A DNA stretch of 64,000 nucleotides from an uncultured delta proteobacterium (GTDB lineage: Bacteria > Desulfobacterota > Binatia > HRBIN30 > BPIQ01): contig CAVXGR010000021.1 of NCBI GenBank assembly GCA_963761335.1, positions 160,001-224,000 on the forward strand. The letters are read 5' to 3'. The translations under genes were made by a program, and so were the position numbers. This document shows, in pieces, positions 8,001 through 16,714 of the stretch; the stretch's first letter is position 1, and each line of letters begins with the position of its first letter. Under the pieces are notes generated by a model. The model saw only the letters and a list, made by a program, of their open reading frames with translations. It did not search any database and was not told the origin of the DNA.

Positions 8001-11000
8001 CTATCGCTGGCATTCATCCGCTGCAAGACACACGCGATGTCGGCGGCGGTGACGTCGCCGTCCTGGTTGCAGTCGGCGTCGCACAGCGAAGCGGCGATCG
8101 GGTCGAAGGCGGCGGTCGCGGTGGCGGCAAGATCGCCTGCTTCGAGCTGCTCGTTGCAGTTGGCGTCGCCCGGGAAGGTCATCCTCTTGCACGGGACGAT
8201 CTTCACTGCCCCGTTCAAGGTCCCGCTGAGGTCCATGCCGGTGGCCGTGCCCCCGCCGCCGCTGTAGGCGGCGTTGTGCACGTCGACCCGCAACACGTGC
8301 TTTCCGGTGGCCAGGGCGAAGCCGGGGATTGTCGCCGGGCTCGTGAAGCCGGAGACGGTTGTCACCGGCGTCGAATCGAGGAAGACGTCCGCGCTGTTGT
8401 CCGCCAGGATCTGCAGCGACTCCGGTACGAGCGGCCCGCATTGCTCCCAGCAGAGCTGGTAGGAGTACAGCCCCCCCGGGCAGTCGGTCGTCGTCGTAGT
8501 GCTGCATCCGGTATTTGCGGAGATCCACTGCGTGTTGGCCAGGGTGGTCCAGGCGCTGTTGGGTGTGATGACCGTCGCGGGCCCGGGGGAGAAGCCGGTT
8601 GTCCCCGGCGGGGCCGCGATCAGCGACCAGATCGGGTCGCTGTTTCCGACGGAAGCGTTCGTGCCGCTCGAAATCAACAAGGAGATCGGCTCGCCGCAGG
8701 TGGGCGTCGGCGTCGAGGTCGCTGTGGCGGTGGGGGTGCGCGTCGGCGTGGCTGTCGGTGTCGATGTCGCTGTGGCGGTGAACGTGGGGGTCTCAATCTC
8801 GCACGGCACGATCTTCACGGAGCCGTTCAAGTGCCCACTGAGGTCCATGCCGGTCGCCGTGCCCCCGCCACCGCTGTAGGGATTGTTGTGCACGTCGACC
8901 TGCAACATATGCATTCCCGTTCCCAGCGTGAAGCCGGGGATCGTCGTCGGCGTGTTGAACCCCGGGACGGTGGTGACCAGACCCCCGTCGATGAAGACGT
9001 CGGCGATGTTGTCCACGAGGATCTGCAGCGACTCCGGCACCAGCGGGCCGCACTGCTCCCAGCAGAGCTTGTACGAGTACACGCCGCCCGGGCAGTCCGT
9101 CGTCGTGGTGTTGGTACACCCCGTGTTGGCGGAGATCCACTGCGCGTTGGGCAAGCTGCCCCAGGCGCCGTTGGGTGCGATGACGGTCGCCGGGCCGGGA
9201 GAGAAGTTCGTCGTCCCCGGCGGGGCGGCAATCAGCGACCAGATCTGATCGCTGTTGCCGACCGGCACACTGTTTCTCCCCGTCGAGATGTCTACGGAGA
9301 TCGGCTCTGCGCACGTCGGTGTGGGGGTCGCGGTTCTGGTCGCGGTGAACGACGCCGAAGCAGTGGGCGTCGGCGTCACCGTCGGTACCGGCGTTTTGCA
9401 CTTGCCCACCGACCTTGCATTGAAGATGGCTTGAATCTCCTGCAGCGTCAGGGCGCGATCGAAGATCTCCACTTCGTCAATTCCGCCCTGGAACGGCTGC
9501 GCCGGCGAGAGATAGCGCTGGCCGAATCTCAGGCTCGCCGTGTTGGCGATACTGCCCGGGTGTCCGGTTGGGTCGAAGGTGAGGGCGAGCTGGCCGTCGA
9601 CGTAGAGCCGCCCGCCGGTCTGCGAGGCGCGATCGACCGTGACTGCAACCTGATGCCAATTGCCGTCATTGATTGCCGGACCGGGAGAGTTGTAGTTGGT
9701 GAACGGCAGTCCGTCGCCGAGCTGAAATCCCAGCACTCCACCGAAGAGGAACAGGTGATAGCCGACGGGATTGGCGCTCGTGCCGGTGCGCTTGTCGATG
9801 ATCGCCGCCGTGGTGGTGTTGGTCGTACGGACCCACGCATCGATGGAGAACGGTCCGGCAAAGTTGAGGACCGGATCGTCGGGCACCTCGACGAAATCCG
9901 CCGTGGCGCTGAAGGAGAACGCGGCGTTGACCTGTCCCGCGGTGTACGTCGCCGCCCCTTGCAGAACGCCGTCGTTCGCGAACCCCGAGATGTCGCTGGG
10001 GCTGTTGTCCCCCGGCCACCAGCCCACCAGGTTCGGCGGCGCCGGAATGCAGGTCGAGGTCGGCGTCGATGTGGGAGTGTAGCTCCGCGTCGGCGTGGGT
10101 GTGGGCGTCGGCGGCCGCGAGACGACGAAGGAAGGCGTGGCCGTGGGAGTCTCGGTAGGCGTGGCTGTCGGCGAAGGCGGCTGCGTATGCGTCGGCGTCC
10201 GCGTCGGAGTCGGTGTGCCGCTTGCCGTTGCCGTTCGCGTCCGCGTCGCCGTTTGTGTCGTCGTTTGCGAGCCGGTGACGGTGGGCGTTGCGGTGCCGGC
10301 CGGCGTCGGCGTGACCGGCACCTGATCGCCGATGGCGAGGCTGTGGATCTCTCCTGCCTCGACCAGCAGCACGAACGGCAGGGGTGCGTTGCAGGAAGGG
10401 CCCTCGAGGACAGTGACAGGCGTACTGCTGGGGTTCTGGCTGCAGTCCCCCAGGTTGCCGCGAGGGTTGAGACCACACGCCACCACCGTGCTGTTGCTGA
10501 GCAACACGAGGCTGAAGATCGAACCTCCGGCCACGACGTCGAGCGGAAGCCCCGTCGCCGCCACGGTCAGGCCGCCGCTGAGCACCTTGGTGGCGAAGAC
10601 CAGATTGTTGTTGGTTCCGTCGCAGAGCTGCCCGAACGAGTTGTCTCCCCAGAACCAGACGTCGCCGTTCGCATCCATGGCGATGCTGTGCTGATAGCCG
10701 GCCGCCACATCGACCACGTTGAGCAGCGGGCAGCCGAGCAGCGGCCGCGGAGGGGAAGCGCACTGGGTGACCACGAGAGCGGGCACGAGGCTGTCGTCCA
10801 TGTTGCCGTGACCGAGCTGGCCGCTTCCGTTGACACCCCATGAGAGCACGCTGCCGTCGCACATCATGGCCACCGTGTGGCCTTCTCCACCCACCATCTT
10901 TGCGACGCCGGTGAGAAAGCCGACATCCGCGGGACCGTGGACCTGCACCGGCGTGTAGCGTTCCGTGGTGCTGTTGTCGCCCAACTGACCGCCGCCGTTG

Positions 11001-11638
11001 GCGCCCCAGGCGTAGGCGTCGCCGCCGGCGGCGCAGTCTCCGACGACCGCCAGGCTGTGGTCGCGGCCGGCGCCGACCCCGAAGACGTTGTTGAGAGCCG
11101 GGAAGACGGGGCTCGTCTGACAGGGGAAGTTGCCTGGGGCAACGCCGCAGCTCGCGGGGCCGGGAGGGCCGATCCCCAGCTGACCGTGGTCGTTGGCTCC
11201 CCACGCGGCGATCGTTCCGTTACTGCGCACGACGAGTGTGTGCCCTCCCTCCAGCGCAATGGTCTCCTGCGCCGGGGTCGTGGGCAGTTGCCCGACGAGC
11301 GCCGTCACCTGTACGGGAATCGCGCTGCTCGCCGGGCTGGGGCCGATGCCGAGCTGGCCGGCGAAGTTGCTTCCCCAGGTCCAGATGCGCTGCTGATTGT
11401 CGAGCGCCAGGCTGGATGTGTCTCCGCCTTGGATGTCCACAACGCCGTCGAGGCAGCAGCCGCCGCTTCCATCGAGAACCCCCACGGGCGAGCTCTGGTC
11501 GGCGATCGGCAGGCCGTCGCCGAGCTCGCCGTCGCCGTCTCCGCCCCAGGTGATCCCGAACGGCGGCTGGGCCAGCCCCGCCGCGGGTGAGAACACGACC
11601 AGTACCGTAGCAATCGCCAACTGAGCTTGCCAGTGCAT
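7997..11638 (-). CDS. Large secreted protein: RCC1 beta-propeller, TP linker, LamG-like jelly roll, two duplicated beta-sandwich domains, dockerin-like C-terminus
   Basis: GGAGG RBS, signal peptide; repeated WGxNxxGQLG; WHQVAVT...LYVDG...FQGGIDEVEIFDRALT; GDANCN/ADCNQDGDVTAAD. Confidence 0.9.
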   Translation of the reverse strand: MHWQAQLAIATVLVVFSPAAGLAQPPFGITWGGDGDGELGDGLPIADQSSPVGVLDGSGGCCLDGVVDIQGGDTSSLALDNQQRIWTWGSNFAGQLGIGPSPASSAIPVQVTALVGQLPTTPAQETIALEGGHTLVVRSNGTIAAWGANDHGQLGIGPPGPASCGVAPGNFPCQTSPVFPALNNVFGVGAGRDHSLAVVGDCAAGGDAYAWGANGGGQLGDNSTTERYTPVQVHGPADVGFLTGVAKMVGGEGHTVAMMCDGSVLSWGVNGSGQLGHGNMDDSLVPALVVTQCASPPRPLLGCPLLNVVDVAAGYQHSIAMDANGDVWFWGDNSFGQLCDGTNNNLVFATKVLSGGLTVAATGLPLDVVAGGSIFSLVLLSNSTVVACGLNPRGNLGDCSQNPSSTPVTVLEGPSCNAPLPFVLLVEAGEIHSLAIGDQVPVTPTPAGTATPTVTGSQTTTQTATRTRTATASGTPTPTRTPTHTQPPSPTATPTETPTATPSFVVSRPPTPTPTPTRSYTPTSTPTSTCIPAPPNLVGWWPGDNSPSDISGFANDGVLQGAATYTAGQVNAAFSFSATADFVEVPDDPVLNFAGPFSIDAWVRTTNTTTAAIIDKRTGTSANPVGYHLFLFGGVLGFQLGDGLPFTNYNSPGPAINDGNWHQVAVTVDRASQTGGRLYVDGQLALTFDPTGHPGSIANTASLRFGQRYLSPAQPFQGGIDEVEIFDRALTLQEIQAIFNARSVGKCKTPVPTVTPTPTASASFTATRTATPTPTCAEPISVDISTGRNSVPVGNSDQIWSLIAAPPGTTNFSPGPATVIAPNGAWGSLPNAQWISANTGCTNTTTTDCPGGVYSYKLCWEQCGPLVPESLQILVDNIADVFIDGGLVTTVPGFNTPTTIPGFTLGTGMHMLQVDVHNNPYSGGGGTATGMDLSGHLNGSVKIVPCEIETPTFTATATSTPTATPTRTPTATATSTPTPTCGEPISLLISSGTNASVGNSDPIWSLIAAPPGTTGFSPGPATVITPNSAWTTLANTQWISANTGCSTTTTTDCPGGLYSYQLCWEQCGPLVPESLQILADNSADVFLDSTPVTTVSGFTSPATIPGFALATGKHVLRVDVHNAAYSGGGGTATGMDLSGTLNGAVKIVPCKRMTFPGDANCNEQLEAGDLAATATAAFDPIAASLCDADCNQDGDVTAADIACVLQRMNASDS

Positions 11639-11777
11639 ACCGCCCCTCCTTGACGTACGCGAACGCGATGCCCGAAGACGACCGAACAGAGACCGTGATT
11701 CAACTGCCGGTGTCAGGATGCTACTCCTGTCGGGAGCCGTTGAACAGAGGAAATGAGCCAGCGATTGGAAGCGACGT

Positions 11778-13481
11778 CTAATGTCGATTTAGGATACTGC
11801 TCGCTGGGGCGCGCCGCTTGATGTCGGGGAAGGGCGTGTCGACGTAGTGTGCCTTGATGTAGTCGAGCACGCTCCGTGGCAACAAGCGCGTGAAGTCGTC
11901 GACGATGACGATGGGCACCTGCTGCTGCTCCAGCGCCGCGATGATCGCCGGGCCGCGCTCCTCGTCGGTCATCATCAGCTGCATTTCGTCGTGTAGAAAC
12001 CAGTAGCGGTAGGCGTGCGGACGGAACACGCCCCAGCCGCTGCGGCCGTCGAACACCGGATCGGTGGGCCCCGTGTGCGCCATCACGTAGCTCACCCGCT
12101 GCCGCTCGGGGGTGTTCGGATGGCGCGGGGTCCAGTCCGCCTGCTCGACGAGCGGCAGCACGAGGAGGAGCGCCAGCCAGGCCGCCGGCTCCCACCACCA
12201 GCCGTGGCGCCGGGCCTGGTAGATCGCCGCGGCCGCCGTGAGCCAGAGGGCGGGGACGAGAGCCGCGGCAACGGCCGACAGTGGATTGTTGGAGAGATAG
12301 CGCACGGCGACCAGATCGGCGGCCGAGAGGACGGCGAACAGAGCGATCACCGCTGCACGACCGCGGCGACGCGCGGCGTCCTCGCTGTCGCTTCGACTGA
12401 TGGCGCTCCGCCACCACTCTACCAAGGTTCTCGCCGCCACGATCACGGCGAACGGCAGCAAGAGGATGAAGTACTCCTCCCAGACGACCGGCAGGTAGAA
12501 GACGCCGATGCAGAGCGAGAGCAGAAACAGGTCGGGAAGGTCCGCGGGCGTCAGCGCCCCGCGCCGCCGCCACAGCGACCATATCCGCCTCGCCGCGCCG
12601 GCCGCGGCCACGGCATAAATGACGCCGTCGCTGGCGAGCAGTACCTCGAGCTCCCGCCACGGGAAGTGCCGCGCCTTCCAGGCCATATTGAGCAGCACGG
12701 CGTCGCGCACCATTCCCGCCATCCCGGCGACGCCCAGCAGCGGCACCAGGAGGAGCACGGGGCTGAGGCCACCGGCGACGTATGCGGCGAGGTCCCGCGC
12801 CAGGCTGCGGCGCTGCGCCGGCAGCGAGAGCCCGCGCACACCGGTGAGCAGGAGGACGGCTGCGGGCGCGAAGGCCGCCATCGCCGCCTTCTGCGTGATC
12901 AGCACGGCGATTCCCAGGAGCGCCGCCGAGAAGAAGTATCGCAGCGGATGTTTTCGTTGCACCGGCAGCAGCCAGGCCGAGCCGAGCAGCAGCGGCGCCG
13001 CGTAGGTATCCAGGTAGGTACGCGTCCCCCAGGTGAACAGGCAGACGTTGCCGAGCAGCAGCGCCGCAGCGACGAACCCCGTGGCGCGGTCGGCGCAGGC
13101 GCGCGCCCAGCGCGCGCCGAGCAGGACGGTCAGCAGATGGACGGACAGCGAGAGATAGCGGGCATCGATCATGGTGTCGAAGCTCGGCGCCCGCATCGGG
13201 ATCAGCGCCGCGAGCACGTAGTAGAGCAGCGGCGTGTGATGCTCGAAGAAGTCGACGAAGGGCGTCTGGCCGCGCGCCACCAGATACGCGGCGTGCATGT
13301 GCTGATACTCGTCGTACGCCAGCACGGCGTGGCGCACGCAGACGATACACAGCCCGACCGCGACGGTCGCCAGGACGGCGAGCAGCACGAGCCAGGCGGC
13401 CGGCGCTTCCGGGGCGTTCCCGCGCGCCGGTGGCGCCTGCGGCGGCGCCACCCCAGGCGGCGCCATCAGCGGGGCGGTCAC
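11778..13481 (-). CDS. GT-C fold membrane glycosyltransferase (ArnT/PMT-like)
   Basis: Many TM segments; YDEYQH..G..PFVDFFEHHTPL after the first TM; GTGA overlap with upstream gene. Confidence 0.72.
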   Translation of the reverse strand: MTAPLMAPPGVAPPQAPPARGNAPEAPAAWLVLLAVLATVAVGLCIVCVRHAVLAYDEYQHMHAAYLVARGQTPFVDFFEHHTPLLYYVLAALIPMRAPSFDTMIDARYLSLSVHLLTVLLGARWARACADRATGFVAAALLLGNVCLFTWGTRTYLDTYAAPLLLGSAWLLPVQRKHPLRYFFSAALLGIAVLITQKAAMAAFAPAAVLLLTGVRGLSLPAQRRSLARDLAAYVAGGLSPVLLLVPLLGVAGMAGMVRDAVLLNMAWKARHFPWRELEVLLASDGVIYAVAAAGAARRIWSLWRRRGALTPADLPDLFLLSLCIGVFYLPVVWEEYFILLLPFAVIVAARTLVEWWRSAISRSDSEDAARRRGRAAVIALFAVLSAADLVAVRYLSNNPLSAVAAALVPALWLTAAAAIYQARRHGWWWEPAAWLALLLVLPLVEQADWTPRHPNTPERQRVSYVMAHTGPTDPVFDGRSGWGVFRPHAYRYWFLHDEMQLMMTDEERGPAIIAALEQQQVPIVIVDDFTRLLPRSVLDYIKAHYVDTPFPDIKRRAPASSILNRH

Positions 13482-15799
13482 TTACCGCTCCCGAGCGCCG
13501 CGGCCGCGGCGCCGAGATCGCCGCGGCTCAGCAAGGCGGCGGCCACCGCATCGGCGGCGACGCGGTGACCGGCCGCGGTCCAGTGCGTGTTCCAGCGCTG
13601 ATACGGGCAGCCGGAAGGCGCGGCGCGCAGCGCCGGCCTCAGGTCGATGGTCTGGATGCCGAGCTCGTCGGCGATGGCGCGCGTCCGCCGCTGCGGCAGG
13701 TCGAGATCGAAGCGCCGCGCGTCGTGAAGGTCGATGCCGCGCGGATAGTAGCCGAGGTCGGAAGGGGCGCAGACCTGCACCGACGCCGGAATCAGAGCCA
13801 GCACCAGGCGTGCCGACACGGCGTGTGCCGTCTCGGCCATCTGGCGCAGGCGTTCCTCGACGAGTCGTTGGGCTTCGGCATCGTGCCGCGAGCCATCGCG
13901 CTCCAGGGTCGCGAACTGTCCGAGGAACATCCCGTACGACCACGGTCTCGACAGAGCTCCGTACAGTACCCGGGAGACGGTGTGCCGCAGCTCCTTGCGC
14001 AGCTCGGTCAAGGTGAGGATCGCCCACCAGCCGTCGAGGGGAGGGCGGCCGAAGCCGATGTCGTCGCGAAACTCCTGGTTGCTCATCAGCACGTCGTCGA
14101 ACTCGTTGGTGAAGAAGCCGACGACGATCACGTCGGGGCGATACACCGGGGCAAATTGGGCCAGCACCTCGGCGTATTGGTTCGGCCCGTATCCGGTGAT
14201 CGCGAAGTTCAACACCTCGACCGGCCGGTGCAGCTGGGCGCGCAGCTGCGTCTCGAGCAAGCGCGGCCAGGCCTGCTCGGTGTTCACGCCTTCGGCGCTG
14301 GTGAAGGCGTCGCCGGTGGTCATGATGCGCAGGGTTCCCGCCGCTCGCTGTGCCGGGTACTCCGGGCCGGGGAACCCCAGCGCGTTGGCGGTCACCACGT
14401 AGTCATAGCTCTCCCAGCGCAAACGGGTGCGCTGCCCCGGGCGGAGGCGCCAGCCGAGCTGCGCGTCGGCCTCGAGCGACGGCCGCTCGCCCCAACCGAG
14501 CGCCTCCTGCGGATCGAAGTGGCGGACGGCGAGCTCGCCGCCCACCAGCAGCAGGGCGGCGATCGCCGCCATCAGTGCCGCCGTGCGGAGCACCCGGGGC
14601 GGCACGGCGCGCTTGCGGAATCGCATTGGCGCTGCGGCCAGCCATTCGAGGCCGACGGCCGCAAAGGGCGTCATCAGCGCCGCAGCGACGCTTCTGCCGA
14701 GCAGGGCCGATGCTCCCCTGGCGCCGAATCCGAACGGGAGGCACCAGGTGATGATCGGCTGGTGGATGAGATAGAGCGAATACGTGTGTCGTCCGAGCCA
14801 CTCCCCCAACCCGGAGCCCGCCGCTCGCCGCGGCCCGCCGAGCACCGCGTAGCACAGGACGAAGGCGCTCACCCCGAGCAGAAAGGGCGCCACCGACATG
14901 CCGAGCAGGGTGAGCGACAGCAGTGTCGCCACGGCATAGGTCAGCACCGCGAGTGCCACTGCGCCGGGTCCTCGCAGGCGGCGATCCAGCCGCTCCGGTG
15001 CGCGCGCCATCCAGGCGGCGAGGCTCATGCCGAAGACGAACTCGGGCAGGCGGGTGAGGAACAGGGCCCCGAGCGACCAGGCCTCGAGGCCGGACGGCAG
15101 GAGCAGCAGGCCGAGCCCGCGCAGGGGCAACGCCACGGCGCAGGTGAGCGCCAGCAGGCGGCCGGGGCCGAGCCGCCGCAATCCCATCCAGAGCACCGGG
15201 TAGACCGCGTAGAGCTGGAGGATCAGGCCGACGTACCACCAGGCGGGGACGATGTAGAAGAGCAGTCCCGGGGCGGCGCGGACGCCGAGCAGGCTCAGAT
15301 AGAACCGCGGGTCGCGCAGCATCATGGCGGAGCCGAGTGCCAGCGAGGCCACCAGCAGCACGGCGTGCGCGGCCCACCACTGCGGGTAGATGCGGCGGGC
15401 GCGATCCCAGTAGAAGCGCCGGGCGTCGAGTGCCCCGTTGCGTCGCTGCAGCAGCCCCCACGTCAACCCGAAGCCGCTGACGATGAGGAAGAGCTGCACG
15501 CCCTGGTCGCCCGCCCAGCCGACGTAGCGGAGAAGATTGAGCGGACCGTTCCAGATGCCGCTGCCGTGCAACGGTGCGAGCTGCGCAAGGCGCTCGGCCA
15601 ACGGCGGCCAGTCGCGGGCGGGATTGCCGATCAATGGGTCACCGAAGAGCTGCTCGGTGAGGTGATTGAGGAAGATCCAGACCAGGGCGACGGCCTTGAC
15701 CAGCTCCACCCAGGCGAGACGCGCGGAACGCGAGGCCGAAGCATCGCCGGCCGTGGGGCGGGCTATCGCCGCCTCGGAAGTTGCTGCGGGAAGCGTCAT
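13478..15799 (-). CDS. Acyltransferase_3 membrane domain fused to SGNH-like periplasmic domain
   Basis: GVQLFLIVSGFGL, RARRIYP, WYV, RLPEF, YSLYLIHQP; C-terminal NALGFPG..GDAFT..VLNFAITGYG..THW. Confidence 0.88.
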   Translation of the reverse strand: MTLPAATSEAAIARPTAGDASASRSARLAWVELVKAVALVWIFLNHLTEQLFGDPLIGNPARDWPPLAERLAQLAPLHGSGIWNGPLNLLRYVGWAGDQGVQLFLIVSGFGLTWGLLQRRNGALDARRFYWDRARRIYPQWWAAHAVLLVASLALGSAMMLRDPRFYLSLLGVRAAPGLLFYIVPAWWYVGLILQLYAVYPVLWMGLRRLGPGRLLALTCAVALPLRGLGLLLLPSGLEAWSLGALFLTRLPEFVFGMSLAAWMARAPERLDRRLRGPGAVALAVLTYAVATLLSLTLLGMSVAPFLLGVSAFVLCYAVLGGPRRAAGSGLGEWLGRHTYSLYLIHQPIITWCLPFGFGARGASALLGRSVAAALMTPFAAVGLEWLAAAPMRFRKRAVPPRVLRTAALMAAIAALLLVGGELAVRHFDPQEALGWGERPSLEADAQLGWRLRPGQRTRLRWESYDYVVTANALGFPGPEYPAQRAAGTLRIMTTGDAFTSAEGVNTEQAWPRLLETQLRAQLHRPVEVLNFAITGYGPNQYAEVLAQFAPVYRPDVIVVGFFTNEFDDVLMSNQEFRDDIGFGRPPLDGWWAILTLTELRKELRHTVSRVLYGALSRPWSYGMFLGQFATLERDGSRHDAEAQRLVEERLRQMAETAHAVSARLVLALIPASVQVCAPSDLGYYPRGIDLHDARRFDLDLPQRRTRAIADELGIQTIDLRPALRAAPSGCPYQRWNTHWTAAGHRVAADAVAAALLSRGDLGAAAAALGSGK

Positions 15800-16072
15800 G
15801 GCCCGAGGCGCTCATGCGCCGCTGGGTGGCCATCCAGCGGCGCGAGTGTCATACGCTGTGCGAGCGCACAGGTCAGCGGACAGCGGGGATTGTATCGGGT
15901 CCGGCTCGAGCGGGCTCTCAGCGAGCCGACAGCTCGCGTATTGAGATTCGACATGCTGCCCGAGATGAGACGCTCCAACGCCCGATTGGCGACCTCTCCG
16001 CCCAGCTCACCGCCAGATGGTAGACCCTGCGCTGGGCTTGCTCAAGCCGCAGACGGTTGCCTCGGCACCGGC

Positions 16073-16519
16073 TCAGCCGTATCGCAGCGATCCCGGGGTG
16101 GTCAGCGGCTCGCCTGTCTCGAGCCACGTCTTCAGGCCGGAGAGGATCATCGGCCAGCCTGCGTAGAGCTCGGGGTTGGCGCCCTCGCGAAGCTGGTCGT
16201 GGGTGACGATCAGGCAACAGGAATCGCGGATCGGTTGGATCTCCCAGGTGACCCGCGAGGGGCCCTCGCTCTTCACGTCTTCGCCCCAGAGCGCGACCAT
16301 GCTCTGGACGAGCCGGTGCGGTGGCTCGGCCTCGAGGATCTCCCCTTCGCCGAGGAGTTGGTCGGCCTTCGGGGCGCTCATCTCGAAGCGCGATCCGGGT
16401 GTCCAGTCCGAGATGATCCGGGCGCCGAAGTTGTACTTGCTCCGGATCTCCGGATCAGTGATCGCTTGCCAGAGGCGCTCGGGGGTCGTCTTGATGTAGA
16501 TCTCGAAAACCTTCTCCAT
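16073..16519 (-). CDS. SRPBCC/AHSA1-like ligand-binding protein
   Basis: VFEIYIKTTPERLWQAITDP...GWPMILSGLKTWLETG; AGGAG RBS. Confidence 0.9.
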   Translation of the reverse strand: MEKVFEIYIKTTPERLWQAITDPEIRSKYNFGARIISDWTPGSRFEMSAPKADQLLGEGEILEAEPPHRLVQSMVALWGEDVKSEGPSRVTWEIQPIRDSCCLIVTHDQLREGANPELYAGWPMILSGLKTWLETGEPLTTPGSLRYG

Positions 16520-16714
16520 GGGATTCTCCTGTGAGGATGGGGACACTCTGATCAATTGACGTTTCAAGCGGTGGGATTTCGACAGCTCATTGGTTGGATG
16601 GAAGGGGAGACGGACTTCTTTGCGCCTTCGCGTCTCTGCGTTTCTCTCTGTATCCGCCGCGGTCCCCGTTTGCCTTCTTCGCCCACGAGCAACTATGGAG
16701 AGCCAGGGCCCTCA

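Noticed and set aside
7826..10843. Long antisense or alternate-frame ORFs (also 13430-16534, 34459-37680, 57478-60042 and many more)
   Set aside because: Shadow ORFs of high-GC genes, with no motifs and Arg/Ala-rich composition
16520..16620. ArsR domain fused upstream of SRPBCC
   Set aside because: Upstream in-frame sequence shows no HTH, and an RBS precedes ATG 16519
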